A DNA stretch of 64,000 nucleotides. Source: Selaginella moellendorffii (lineage: Eukaryota; Plantae; Lycopodiophyta). Of the stretch, positions 50,613-63,500 are shown piece after piece. Numbering within the stretch: the stretch's first letter is position 1; each line of letters opens with the position of its first letter. The DNA is taken from the NCBI RefSeq assembly GCF_000143415.4, contig NW_003314264.1, positions 2,551,710-2,615,709 on the forward strand, given 5' to 3'. The notes beneath the pieces were generated by a model that worked only from the letters and a program-made list of their open reading frames with translations, searched no databases and had not been told where the DNA came from. Both the position numbers and the translations under genes were made by a program.

Positions 50613-50661
50613 GTAAAAATACATGTATTCCTGTAAATGAATTGATCTTAACTTCCATAAG
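50613..50661 (+). other. 49-nt GT-AG intron-like insert in the integrase GPY/F region
   Basis: Removal gives in-frame SRKLTQSKFTGPYEI...IGKVAYRL; CTTAAC near the 3' end; AAG precedes the GT and ends the insert. Confidence 0.65.
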
Positions 50662-52550
50662 CAAGTTCACAGGGCCTTACGAGATTGAGGCATGAATCGG
50701 TAAAGTGGCTTACCGTCTCTAACTTCTTCGAGAGATAGGGAAGATGCACCTAGTGTTCCACATGAATTTACTCAAACTGTACTTTGAGGATTCGCTTTGC
50801 AAGGATCAAATAAGACCTTTACCTGAGGTTATCCAAGGGGAAGAGGAATACGAAGTCGAGGCCATCCTCAATGCTCGCAAGAGTAAGCGACAAAGATGCG
50901 AAGTGAGAGAGTTCCATATGAAGTGGAAAGGATTTCCACACTGTGAAGTAATATAAGAATTGGAGGAGAACCTAGCGAACGCGCAAGATCTAGTGGAGGA
51001 ATTTCTGCAAAGCAGAACTCTATGTACTTATGCAAAGTTCAATTAAAGTATCAATTTGTAAAGTTGAGCAATGGCATATGTGGGGACCCAAAGGCGCACC
51101 GAAGGTAAGCTAATTAGCATGGGTTAGCTAGGTTGACCAAGCTTAGGGAACTACGCCCGACTCCCCACGGGAATGTCGAATCTGTAGACATATTCTACAG
51201 AGGTTAGGTGCGAGTCCCAACCACCTAGTAAAGCAAGGCTAGGTTCAAGTCCCGACCCCATATTAGGGCGTGGTGAGGTGAGGGGTATAGGGACACTTAT
51301 ATTCCATTGTCATGGGCTCTTGGCCAGGGAGGCTAACTTAGGCACACTGCTAAGTGGGGGATGCCCCCAGAGACATAGTCAACAAGTCGTAGGATTAAAA
51401 AGAGACGTTTGATGTGGGCATTGAACTTCTTTTATGGGTGGTGGAGTTGTAAGGAACTAACTCCCCGAGGTGTCGTAGGCTAAAGGATCCCCGAAAGCAT
51501 GACCGAAATGACAAAGAGTTCATCAGATGGGACTGAGTCTGAGATTGAGTCCAACACCAACTTTGAAACCGAGTTCAAGATAGAGTTTGGGATCGAGTCC
51601 GAAGCCAACTCAGAGACCGAGTTCAAGACAGAGTCTGAGATCGAGTCTAAAGTTGAGTTCGATATTGAGTCCAATATCGAGTCCAAGATCGAGTCCGAGG
51701 CTGAGTCCAAAGTCAGGTCCAAGATCGAGTCCGAGATCGAGCACAAGCCCGAGTCTAAGTACTAATACAGGTCAAGGGGTGAAAGCCCAAAGCATGTGTC
51801 TCCCGGGGGGGGGGGCTATAAGGGGTTCCAAAAGTATAGTAGGGATAGTAAGGTCTAGGAACCAGTCTTGAAGGAACTCTCTAGTAGGGCTTCCAAACTG
51901 ATTTGAGGTTGAGACTAGGATCGAGGGGCCTTGAGTGGGAGTGAGCATGGACTTGAGTGGTGCCGGAAGGGCCACCCAAGGAAGTGCTCAAGAGCAGCTC
52001 CCACTCCCAAAGGAGAAACTGACTACAGTGCTCCTGGCTCATATGGAGTGGTCCCCACTTAAGTACCTTGCAGCTTATTAGTCCTCGCCCTTCCTAGGGG
52101 CTTGGGCCTTCCTTTCAGGATGGAAGTGGGGGATTAGAGGTATCCATACCAAGCCATTAAACCACGGTGTTTTGCCCTAGCATCCCGAAGCAAGTGTTGC
52201 ACCCAAGGTTTGGGATTTAGAGGGTCCCATGATCAATTCTTGTTGTACCAAGGGATGTTAGGAACCTGGAGGTTTGGTGTGCTTGGCTGCTTGTGCCTAC
52301 AGGGAGTGTAGCTGAACTTTAAGTCCAGTCTAACCTAGGGAGGGGGATTGGGAGAGATTTGAGTATCTGTGAATGGATGGTTAATGCTCCATTATTCGTG
52401 CAATGAGTAGCTGAAACTAAGTAGGACCAAGTAGGAGCTAGTACAATAGGCGGGAACCTTAGCAAGGGAACTTAGCAAAAGCCAAAGCAATGTTGGTTAG
52501 ATAGACAAGGTAAGTTGGCAAATTGGAAAGGAAAAATTTGTGGCTTACAT

Positions 52551-52720
52551 TAAGATTATTCAAATAACCTCAACCCCCAAGGTGGCCAAAGTGCCCAAGG
52601 TCAAACTTAGGCCATCTCGAGCACTTTGGCTGCTCAAGGGGCTAAAGTTATTTGAATAACCTTAACCCCTTGGGCCCCTAAAGTGCCCAAGGTCAACCTT
52701 GGGCCAGCCACTTTGGGCAT
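52551..52720. repeat. Fold-back / palindromic repeat cluster
   Basis: aagattattcaaataacct and aagttatttgaataacctt palindromes; aaagtgcccaaggtcaa twice, with inverted cactttgg / cttgggc partners. Confidence 0.7.
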
Positions 52721-54399
52721 TTTAGATGTCAATAGACCTATCTTGGCCTACTAAAAGATTAATGTATAAGTTTTATAATTTCATCTTTAACTTTATTTTA
52801 ACTTATTTTGTCATGTTTAAATGTAGGCTTGGGCAGTTTGCTATTCAAAAGTAGAACCTTGTCCATAATATCGAACAACTCTGATTTTTGGCATATTTGA
52901 GTGAGAATGACATTTGCCAACATTATGGTGATGATCTTGCAACATTTATTCAGCACTCATGCACTTGAAATGACAGTATAACATAGTTCAATAACCCAAT
53001 TAATTTTATGCTTGCTTTGTGGTGTAAAGTATGTCTTTCCCTTTCACTTTATAAAGGCCTCTTTTTATTGTTTTGATTTCTAGCCTATGGTGAAGTCAAG
53101 AAAAGTGCTTATGAACTTGTGCATCTAGAGAAGAGTTGGGAGGAAGTCTCGACTGATCTTGTACAAATTGAGTAGAAAATTCAATATATAAGTCTTCAAA
53201 GTTGAAGAAATTAGTATGTATTATAGACAATTGCAGGTTAAAGGAGTGGCTAAAGACTACTAAATTTTTTTCTCAAAAATGAAAATTCTTTATCATGTTT
53301 AGTTTTTCTCAATTGCGCATATGTTATTTTTGTAGTGAACAAAACTCCAGATGACATGATTTACAATATTACAAACTTGAGACTTCCATACAATCAACAT
53401 ATAAAGACTTTGGAGTTCCTCAAGGTTTGCTTGATGAATAAAGAGAAAGGATTATTAAAAGTATTTGAGAATATAATGAGAAGGGTTGTCTATGTCACAT
53501 AAGCTATAGGTGAAGGTGAATTTTTTAGCACCATACATTAGTGACAATCCAGACAGCATATTCATGTCTTTTCAACACCTACATCAACACATCATTAAAA
53601 GGGATTGAAGAGGGATAGTTGCCAGAGAAGTTTACAAGCACAATAATTTATGATTTCCAATGTGGTCAACCTTATTTATACGATATGTAGTTTATAGGTA
53701 TAACATGATTTCTAAAATCCTCCCTAAATATATATTGTTTATAAGTATCTTTGATATAAAAACATGTTATTTGAGGCATTAGTTTACACTTAAGTTATTG
53801 CAAAGGGTGTAAGGGATGGAGGAATGTACTCAACAATATTTACAAGAGTTCCAAATGCATGAAAGATAAAGTGTCTTTCAAAGTTGGAGCTCCTAGGGAA
53901 GGAGACCTCTACATTAGACAAAAAGGAAGTTATCAATTCTTGCAATTATGGTGATATAAGTGATGATGAAAAGGAGGATGAGGAAGCTCCAGATCAAGTT
54001 CACGTTCCATCACCAAACAATGAGGATTTGGCTTCAGTTCAACATCAGATAGCCAAGATCTAGATTAGGTTTCACTAGTAAATAATGATAATCAAGTGGT
54101 GCACAGAATATCACATTAATCTCGAGGTAAGCAAATGTGAATTTTACAAACCAAATGTGGTAACATATATTTTTTGCAACAATGACTGTTGATAGTGATT
54201 TCATTCCAGCTCAATGAGATGCTCATGATGAAGAGTTGGAGGAACTCTCATCAACAACACGTCATATGATGGTAGCATATTATTCCTTGCTTTTATCATT
54301 TACTTAGCTCTTATATAGGTTGTCATGTTTCCCTGATAACACATTGAGGCATTATGGGTGTCTTCATTGGCTCCTTCAGTAGATTGCTGACATCTTTCA

Positions 54400-55182
54400 T
54401 AGAAGATGACATAAACATGGACATACGGTGTTAGTTTGACCATTGATGCTGAAAAATAGAAAAGCCCCTTGCTTTTTGTTGTGAACTTCATTCTCTTTGA
54501 CTTTCCATATAGTTTTTTAGATATTGATAGGAAAGTTGAGGATTAGAACTTTCTCACACCCAACCACATACATGATGCATTTATCTTGTTGGAAGCACTT
54601 ATGCTCAAAATTAGTTATGTTATCTTCATCCTACCAAATGAACTTAATTGGATATATGAGCTTATAATATATATAGCAGAAGTTCATTTGAAGTCATTCT
54701 CTTCCGGGTGCATCATGGATCCCATTAGCGTCGATACTAGGAGCATCCAAGGGAGCCTGAAAAGGTGAGTATGTATTTTCATATTTTTATCTAATTTTTA
54801 AACTTTCTTTTATTTTCCAGTTATGATGTGGAGCTATCATGCCTTCTACAGAAACATACATAATGGGTTTTATGATAGTGAGAGTACAATAAACATTTTG
54901 TCTAGGTATAACAACTCCACTAACATTATACCCAACCTTATGAATGAGTAAATCCACAACATGTTTCCAATGTACTAATTTCAAACTCTATTAGTGATGC
55001 AAGTCTTGCTTAAGCTCTATTGCCCACCAGATGGTGTGATGATTGATTGCACAATAGGTAGTAGTTCTATAGTAGAGGCAATACATGACTCTAATAAGTT
55101 GGTGTTTACTATTAAAGAACATAGGTTCTTTAAATGTTGGCTTAGAGGATTTTGTAAGCTACCTTCAACCTCAATGAGGTAA
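54400..55182 (+). pseudogene. Decayed beta-class DNA amino-methyltransferase-like gene (N6-mA/N4-mC family)
   Basis: VNFILFDFPYS (DPPY-like motif IV) at 54481, intron ~54765-54820, then LVMQVLLKLYCPPDGVMIDCTIGSSSIVEA (motif X/I, cf. LMERLI..YS.PGDVVLDPFAGSGS); motif IV precedes motif I. Confidence 0.6.
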
Positions 55183-55322
55183 ATTGTGTTTATTAAGATT
55201 TCAATACATATTTAGTTCTATTTTATAAATCACAGTCATTTAGAATTTCTAGAACTAGAGGCTTTGAAAGTTTACTTGACTATACCAAAGCCATGGCTCA
55301 CCAAATGCAAGGTGAATCTTCC

Positions 55323-58300
55323 TGTGAAACACAAATCCTTAAGCCCCAAAGTGAAGTAGAAAAAATGCCACACAGTAATGGTCAAAATGTAAAAAAAACA
55401 AACATAACATATTTAGACCAAAATCTCTAACTTGGAAAGTCGAGAGTGGGAGTGGAACTCCAAACAAAGTACTCAAGTGAAGCAATCGGTGAATGAGTCT
55501 CTAAAAAGGGATACAAGAAGAACTGACACATGTCGTGATCGAGTCCAAAAAAGAGTTTGAGATGAAGTCCGAGAAGGAGCTCAAGATAAAGTCTGAGAAG
55601 GTGTCCAAGAAGGGATCCAAGATAGAGTCCAAGAAGAAGTCCGGGAAGGACTCTAAAATGGGGATTGTAACCAGAACCTATACCAAGATTGAGACTGAGA
55701 ACAAGACCGAGGCCGAGACCAAGCCCAAGTCAAGTCCAAGTCGAAGTTTGAGTCAAAGTTCAAATCCAAGGGTGAAAGCCCAAAGTGATTGCCTCCCAAA
55801 CCCTGGGGGGTTTGGTGAGCTCTAAGAAAATAGTAGAGGGAGGACTTTAGTGGAACTAGTTTGGCCAAGAAAAGCTAGTGTGATCAAGGAGAGCTATACT
55901 TATGTGGTGGGTGATGATATAATTACTAAAGAGTCTAAAGTTAGAGTGAATATGGATGGACAAGTGAGATAATTTATTAAAGTGTTTAAGAGCCAGCTTT
56001 AGCTCCCTCAGGAGATTAAATGGTCAATGCTCCAAATTCAAGTGTGGGTGGCATTACTTAATTGGATACCTTGCATGGCTCATTAGAACCTCACTCTAGC
56101 TACACACCTAAAAGCAGAAGGCGGGGAGAGTACCCACAAAACTTGCATAGGGCCATAATGCTTTGAAATGTCATTCGAAAGTCCCAGATTGTGGAAAAGA
56201 AAAGGAGTAATCCTCTTATGTAATGACTAAAGATACAGTTATATAGTGAGGAAGTCTCAGAGGTCAATGAGACTTAATAATTGAGCTTTCAGCCCTGACC
56301 CAGTTGGGGAAAGGTGTTTCCTATGCCTCTAAATACTCTAAGGATGTTGAAGTGTGGTCCTGGGATGACCACTCATGAATAGATGGCCTGGTTTTTGGGA
56401 GATAAGACTATGGTATAGGTGGTCTTAGACTACTCATGAGACAAAGATGAATGAACATAACTTTAATATAATGGGTTGATATGTCAATGGTATATTTAGG
56501 TGTTTATTATAGGATCGGACATGTGGAGCCTTTAAACCAAATGCAAAGGCTGAGTGATATAGATGCCATTTACGGGGTTATTATATCCCCAAGTCAAAAA
56601 TAATACTTATGGAGGTTGCAAGTGAAACTACTGCAAGTGGTCAAAAGTGTGGTTAAGTGACTAAAGTAAAAAGAAAAAATTAGTCTTTTACAATTTGATA
56701 TTAGAGTTGTTCTTTAGTCTTACTCTTATTGGTGGTCAAGTATATCACCACTTGCATTGGCATCGAAAGGCCCCAAGAGTGAGTTTATTCCCCAAGGAGT
56801 AACATGTTAAAAGGGCATTAGTTCATATATGAATATGTTGCCAATGTGGTGGATAGAAAGGGGCTAATAAACAACTTTGGGATCTTGGGAACAGTAGAAA
56901 GTTTTTTTAATAGAGTTGAGGATATGATCTATATAAGCATTTGACTTAACAAATTAGTTAATATGGTTATGGTAAACAACTATTGTTAGGATCACGGGAA
57001 AGATAAAAACTCCAAAACATTAAAGGAGTCATAAAATTATCCTTATATAATTGAGGATGGTGCTCGTGAATTTAACACTAGAGTTAATAACTGTGAGACG
57101 TCAAATACGGATGAGGATATATATCTTTGAAATTGTAATTGGGGCTATCTTTAATAAAGGTCAGAACAACCCAAGGAATTGGGGGGTATACTCAAAGGAT
57201 GAGTTGGTATTTTCATCATATGGGGGGGCAAAAGTAGCCTATGTAGAATAAAGGATAAGCAAGTGTTAAAATAACACTTGTGAAAATTATCCTTGTGAAT
57301 AAAATGCAAATATAAGAAATTGTATTCAAATGTGGTGGCATCTCAAAGATAATCAAGGGGCTAGGACTGTATAAGACGTTGGATTAATAAAGTCCAAAAA
57401 CTAGATAAATTAAAGCTAAAAAAGTGTGATATGCCAAATACAAATTGGATCTGGCCCATTTGGGTGATTGGGATTTCCACGGTATCGCAAGGCGTCAAGG
57501 TTTGTCACCACCTTAGTTACAATAGTAGTAGTGTCAGATCGATCAAATTGCATTTTGGACTCCATTTGAAGTCCATCTCGGACTCCATCTTGGGTCCATC
57601 TTAGACTCCATCTCGGGTCCATCTCAGACATGAAGTAGGCTAAGATTCTAAACTTCGATAGAGGGGTTTCAACAAATGAAGTTTTGAGTTGGTGAGGTAA
57701 AACTTTGTAAGAAATTGCATTCCAATTTTTTAGTTAAAGTTAAAGTTAATACAGTCAAGGGATGGTCCCAAAGGCTTCAAGAAATTCATTTTAGATAAAG
57801 GTGTGTTATATCTAGTGAAAGATTGGGAGGATCATGAGTTCCAAGTATGATAACAATGGGTATCTTATTAGTGGCGGAAAATGCTATACTTATGTCGTGA
57901 AAAGGTGTTCACTAAAGAAAGCAATTTTATAGTGCAATGCTAATAGATAATTGGCATATAAAATGATTGCTTTAGTCTTAGCAAGATCTAGACATAAGTG
58001 AAAAGTGTTGTGAGGATAGGCTTGTGAAACTAATGAGGTGGAGACCATAAATGTCTCAAAAGACAATGCCTTGAGGTCAAGTTGATGGGCTTATGAAAAC
58101 CCCTTGCCAAAGGAATCCCATGGAAATAAGATTAGCATAACCTAAGTTGGAAGACATGTAATTCAAATGCATTGACCCAAATAATGATGGATGTGTGAAA
58201 ACACTAACAATGAGTTGTAAAACTTGACAATTATGAGGCAACTAAGCAAAATATATGACATAATTGATTGAATTGGTGGAAATTAACTTCCTAAGACTTT

Positions 58301-60320
58301 TTATTGGGATAAGAAATTTAAATTTATCCCTTAGGGATAAATTATTTATGTTGTGATATAGTGAATCAATATTGTCAATAAAAAGAAATTTTTATTGTCA
58401 AAAAAGCCCATCATTAGGATATCTAAGCACTTTAAAACACAAAGAAGTGGTGTTTTGTCTTATGAGAGCATTNNNNNNNNNNNNNNNNNNNNNNNNNNNN
58501 NNNNNNNNNNNNNNNNNNNNNNNNNNNNNNNNNNNNNNNNNNNNNNNNNNNNNNNNNNNNNNNNNNNNNNNNCTGCTAAAACATAGTAGAAAGTGCAAGA
58601 CTATTTGTTGCCTAGAGGAGAATAACTAAAAGAAATGTATAAAGCTAAAAGCAAGTAATTAAAGGATAGAATTAAACCATAAGAATCAAAAGGCATAGCT
58701 AAAAGTGGTTATGCAAGTTGAGAGTGGAGAATCAAATGGGTGTTTAAAGGTGTTGCTATTAACAATTACGATGCTATGGAAAGTCTAATGTATGGAATTA
58801 TCCATATTAGACTATATAACAGTTAAGAAGTTTGAAAAATGAGAGGCTTTAGAAAGCTAAGGGACAAAGTACCTTTAATGTTCCCCAAGACAATTTTGGG
58901 TAAGTTAGTACCTAGGAAAGCAAATGTAAATGGTTTATAAGAAATCACAACATTAAAGTGGCATAGCAAAAGCATGACCTTGAAGCTTGCCTTGAGGTGA
59001 AGCTATCAAGGTTGAGGAAATAGTTTTCGAGCATTCAAAGAGATAACTTTGAGCGAAAGTAGATGTTTGAAGACTTTCACGCTTATACATATAACCATAT
59101 TACACTAGTCAAGTGACTTGCTAAGTGAGAATGGCAAATTAGAGGAATAAAGACCCTAGTTGAAAGTGTTGACTTAACAAAGGGTAGCCTATGGGGCCAA
59201 GTATGGAGGAATTCATATATGATCATAGGCTGATTAACTAGTTTGTCAAGTGAGAGGATTTGGAAGCTCAAAAGAACTAGGTTCGTAAACTATGATCCAT
59301 AACACCCTTTAGGTATAAATTGATGTATCAGCATAGGGAGTCACGCCAGATATCCTAGGTGATGTTGTCCGTAGATGCATATGCAAAAGTTGGGTTTAAG
59401 TCTTAATGCTTGAGTTCAAATCCCAACTCACTAAGGTGTGGTGATTATTTAGAATATGAGGACACTCATTTTTTAGTGGTCATGAACTCTTAGTAAAGAG
59501 GCTAACTTGGGCACACCACCAAGTGGGGGATGCTTTGAAGTCTTGATACATAGTTAAATTATTTAGTGTGAAAGCTCGGCATATTTAGTTTGAACACTTT
59601 GGTGTAATGGCATCAAGGATGTGGTGAATGAGATGGGGACACCCAGTTTTAATTGTTATGGACCTTTGGAAAGGTTGGCTTGGGTGCACTGCCAAGTGTG
59701 GGAGATGCCCCAGGGTTGTAGTCAACAACTTAAAAGTCTGGTGGACTTAGTATATATTGGTAAACCTATTAAACTATCTATGTAGGATCACTAGATGATT
59801 CCATAGCTAATAGTCAAGGATAAGCTCTTTGGTGGATTAAGGAACAATGTTTCTAATTCCAAATAGTGATTTAAATAAATAGTATGGTGTGACTTAGTCA
59901 AGGTGACCAAGTGGGAAAGACATCTAAAAGAAATAAGCTATGAAATACAATAGTATTATAAATCCAAAAAAAATAATCTTTAAGGAAGGATATAAAGGAG
60001 GGTCACAAGATTGGGTTGAGGATAGAGTCTACAGTAGAAAATACTAAATAGATTATTAAGGATGAACACCCCAAGACTTGGTAAAACAAAACTTTTGCTA
60101 TGGAACCAAAACAATACCTCAAGGATGAAAGTAATGATCTTATTTCACTTGGTACAATAGTCAAATGATAGAAGCAAAAAACTAGTGATTGAGAAGGGGC
60201 TTTGGAAATTACTAGAAGGAATCCAAATTATAAGTTAGGCAAGGAACCACCATAGATGCTAATGGATTGTGGAAAAGGAAAAATCTTTCTAAGGATGGAT
60301 TTCCCAAATGCTCCAATAGG
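55323..60320 (+). mobile_element. Decayed long-LTR element: 5' LTR 55323-56692 plus internal region, 3'-truncated, with secondary insertions and an N gap
   Basis: Colinear with 13555-18480 with heavy CG/CHG loss. Confidence 0.85.
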
Positions 60321-60564
60321 GTGTCAAGACATAAGGGCTCTCAGCTTTTGATCTAGTTTGCTTAGATATTAAATAGTATCTTAAACAAGATTGTTTAATA
60401 AGAGTTGAGCTTTGGCTTTTCCTTGAAAGGTAATTTAATCATAAATTATATTAATTTTGCAAAAGAAAGAGTTATTGATCAATATTGGAGTGGTTGGATC
60501 CTTGTTGGTTTGAGTTAGGAATTATATTAATCATTAATGATTCTTATTATGCTTGTTATGAAGT

Positions 60565-63500
60565 TGTAAACAACTAAATTGTTCATTCTACTTTAGTCAC
60601 TTAACCACACCTTTAACCACTTGGAGGAATTTCACTCACATCCTCCATAAATTTTATTCCCAACTTAGGGACATGCTAGTCTCATAAATGACATCTATGC
60701 CACTTTGCCTTTGCACTTGGTCTAAGTGCTTTATATATCTGATCCCACGATAAACACCTAAAGCCACCATTGACATGTTAGCCCATTATCCTAATGCTAT
60801 GTCCATTCATTATTGTCTTGTGGATGGTTTAAGACCACCTATACCATAATCTTATCTCTTAAAAATTATGCTATCTGTTCATAAGTGGTCATCTCATAAC
60901 CACATCTTAGCATCTTTAGGATGCCTGAAAACATGGGGAACACCCTTCCCCAATATCACATCTTTGGTTCCCATTAAGTTTCTTTTCGTTTACAACTGTG
61001 CTCGCCTACACCACTACTAGGTCAGTGCCCAAAGGCTCGACCACTAAGTCCTATTGATTTTTAGGACTTCCTTGCCACATGACTATATCTTTGGTCACTA
61101 TATAAAAGGATTATTCTTTTTCTTTTCCACAGTCCAGAACTTTAGAATAACATTTCAAAACATTACAACCCAACACAAGCCTCATAGGTATATTCCCCAC
61201 TTTTCACCTTTGGGTGACCTAACCATGTGGCTAGAGCAAGGTTCTAATGATCCACACCTAGTATCCAAGTAGGTAGTGCCACCCATACTTGAATTAAGAG
61301 CATTGATCATTCAATTTCTCAAAGGAGCTAGAGTTGGCTCTTGAACTTCACTAAGCTACCCCATTTATCCATCCGTGTTCACTCTAGCCTTGGACTCAAT
61401 AGTTATATCATCACCCACCACATGGGTATAACTTTCCTTAGTCACACTAGAATTTTTTGGCCAAACTAACTCCACTAGAGTTTTCCCCCTACTATACTTT
61501 TAGAGCTCATCAAACCCCCTAAGGTTTGGGAGACAATTGCTTTGGATTTTCATTGTCAGACTTGGACTCTAAGTTGGACTCAGACTCGGACTCAGACTCT
61601 AACTTAGAGTTGGACTCGGACTCGAACTCTAACTTGGACTCAAACTCAAACTCGGACTTGGACTCAGTCTTGGTCTTAGTCTTAGTATCGGTTTTAGTCT
61701 CAAACCCGGTCTCAGCCTCCATTTTGGACTCGACCTCGAACTCCATCTCGGACTCTATCTTGGACTCCATCTCGGATTCCTTCTTGGACTCCTTCTCAAA
61801 TTCCATCTCAAGCTCTATCTCGAACTCCATTTCAGACTCCATTTCAAACTCTATCCTGGACTTCTTCTAGGAGTCAGTCCTGACACTCAATATATTATGT
61901 TTATTTGACTTCCATTTCAACTATTGCTATATAACACACTTTTGGCTCCACTTTAGGGCTTAGGGATTTGTATTTCACAACTCCACCACTCATAGATGAA
62001 GTTCGATATCCTTATTAAACAAAAAACCATTTATAAAGTAACCCTATTATGGATTACTATTTCCATCCTTAGCACTAAACCAATATATATCAATGGTTTG
62101 ACATAAAAGGCTCACTATGTCTTGCCCATCCTCTAAAGAGCATAATCTCTCCAACTTAAAAACTCATTTGATTATATATGATGGTCCTTTTACTATGTTT
62201 ATTTAATTCCCTTTAAACATGTTAAAGACACCTTCCCTACCTTAATCCCATTATTCATTCCTAAGTAGTTTTAGCTTCTATCAATATAATCATCACACTT
62301 TGGAATTGTAATTTTGACTTCTCAAGTCAATTTTTGAAGTGTCTCTGACACCTTTTATTGCACATATTGTGCAAATTTTATTTCTCTATCCTAAGAAATT
62401 CTTCACTTAAGAGCACTATCATCCTCTTTTTTATTCCATACCACCCTAAGCATTGAGTTTCACTTATTTATGATTTATGCTAAAGTTGTTGATGGCTTTA
62501 TTATTTGGCTACTTTGTTGCTCCATTTCTTGGAACTTTTATTTTTGCTATACTAGAGTATTTGGGAAATCCATCCTTGGAAATATATTTTGTTTTCCATA
62601 ATTTGTTAATATCCACCATATGGTGGTTTCTTGCCTAACTTATAATTTAGATTCTTTTCAATAATTTCCAAAACCCATTTTGGCTATTAGTTTTTGCTTA
62701 TATCATTTGATTATTGCACTAAAATTATTACCTCCATTCTTGAGGTATCCTTTTAGTTTCATAGCAAAAGCTCTACTTTTGCTAAGTGTAGAGAATGTTC
62801 AACTTTAATAAATCTCTTTAACATTTTCTACTATAGGTTCTACCCACAACCTACCACCATCTTACACCTTTATTATGGGTCCTTCATTTGAGACTACTGT
62901 TTTGGACTCACAATACCATTGTATTGTTAGCTCATTTCCCCTAGGTGTTTTTACTATTTGGTCACCTTAATGAAATCACACCATTACCTATAGTTCAAAT
63001 CAATACTTTGAAGTATGACATTTGGTTTGCCAAATGTAACATTGACACCTTAACTGGCTTACCAATAGGTACTAAGTTTGCTAAACCCTTAAGTTGTTGA
63101 CCATAACTCTGGTGTAAGCTCTTGAATTTAGACTTCTCGGGAGGTCACCTAGCCCAATATTATTCAAACCCAAAGACACTTAATCCCAAATATCCCAAGA
63201 CCTTTAACCAATTGGAAAAAGAGGTGCACTCTTGTTCATAAGCCCTTTCCCTTTATATTTGAACCCTTATGGATCATCTTTCAAGTCGTTCTCTTTAGTT
63301 GTTTACAATCCACCACACTTCCCTACAAGTTTACACCCTCGTGAACGGAAGCTGAGAGCCACAACTCTCTTGACACCCTACCTCTCGGGTCAAGCCCAAC
63401 CGAAGCATACTGAACCCTTACCAGATGTCAATCAACATGTCGTTCCCTTTGGTTGTTTACATTTGGGGGCATCTCCCACACTTGGCAATGTGCCCAAGCC

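Larger units (their letters stand above)
47830..52549 (+). mobile_element. 5'-truncated Ty3/gypsy chromovirus: pol pseudogene ~47840-51020, 3' UTR, PPT 51436-51447, 3' LTR 51448-52549
   Basis: RT (YPLPRIEDLF, IDLRSGYYQI, YIEDILIYS), RNase H (HEKELFAVV), IN (MDFITGLP..VVVDRFSKM, ISDRD), chromodomain (EEEYEVEAIL...MKWKGFPH); TG..CA LTR. Confidence 0.9.

Noticed and set aside
53080-54400. ParB domain upstream of the second methyltransferase relic
   Set aside because: Exon-like and acidic segments are visible, but no convincing ParB motif could be read
57405-57755. Insert within the decayed long-LTR element, containing an inverted piece of the microsatellite
   Set aside because: Probably another LTR fragment, but ends and TSD could not be defined
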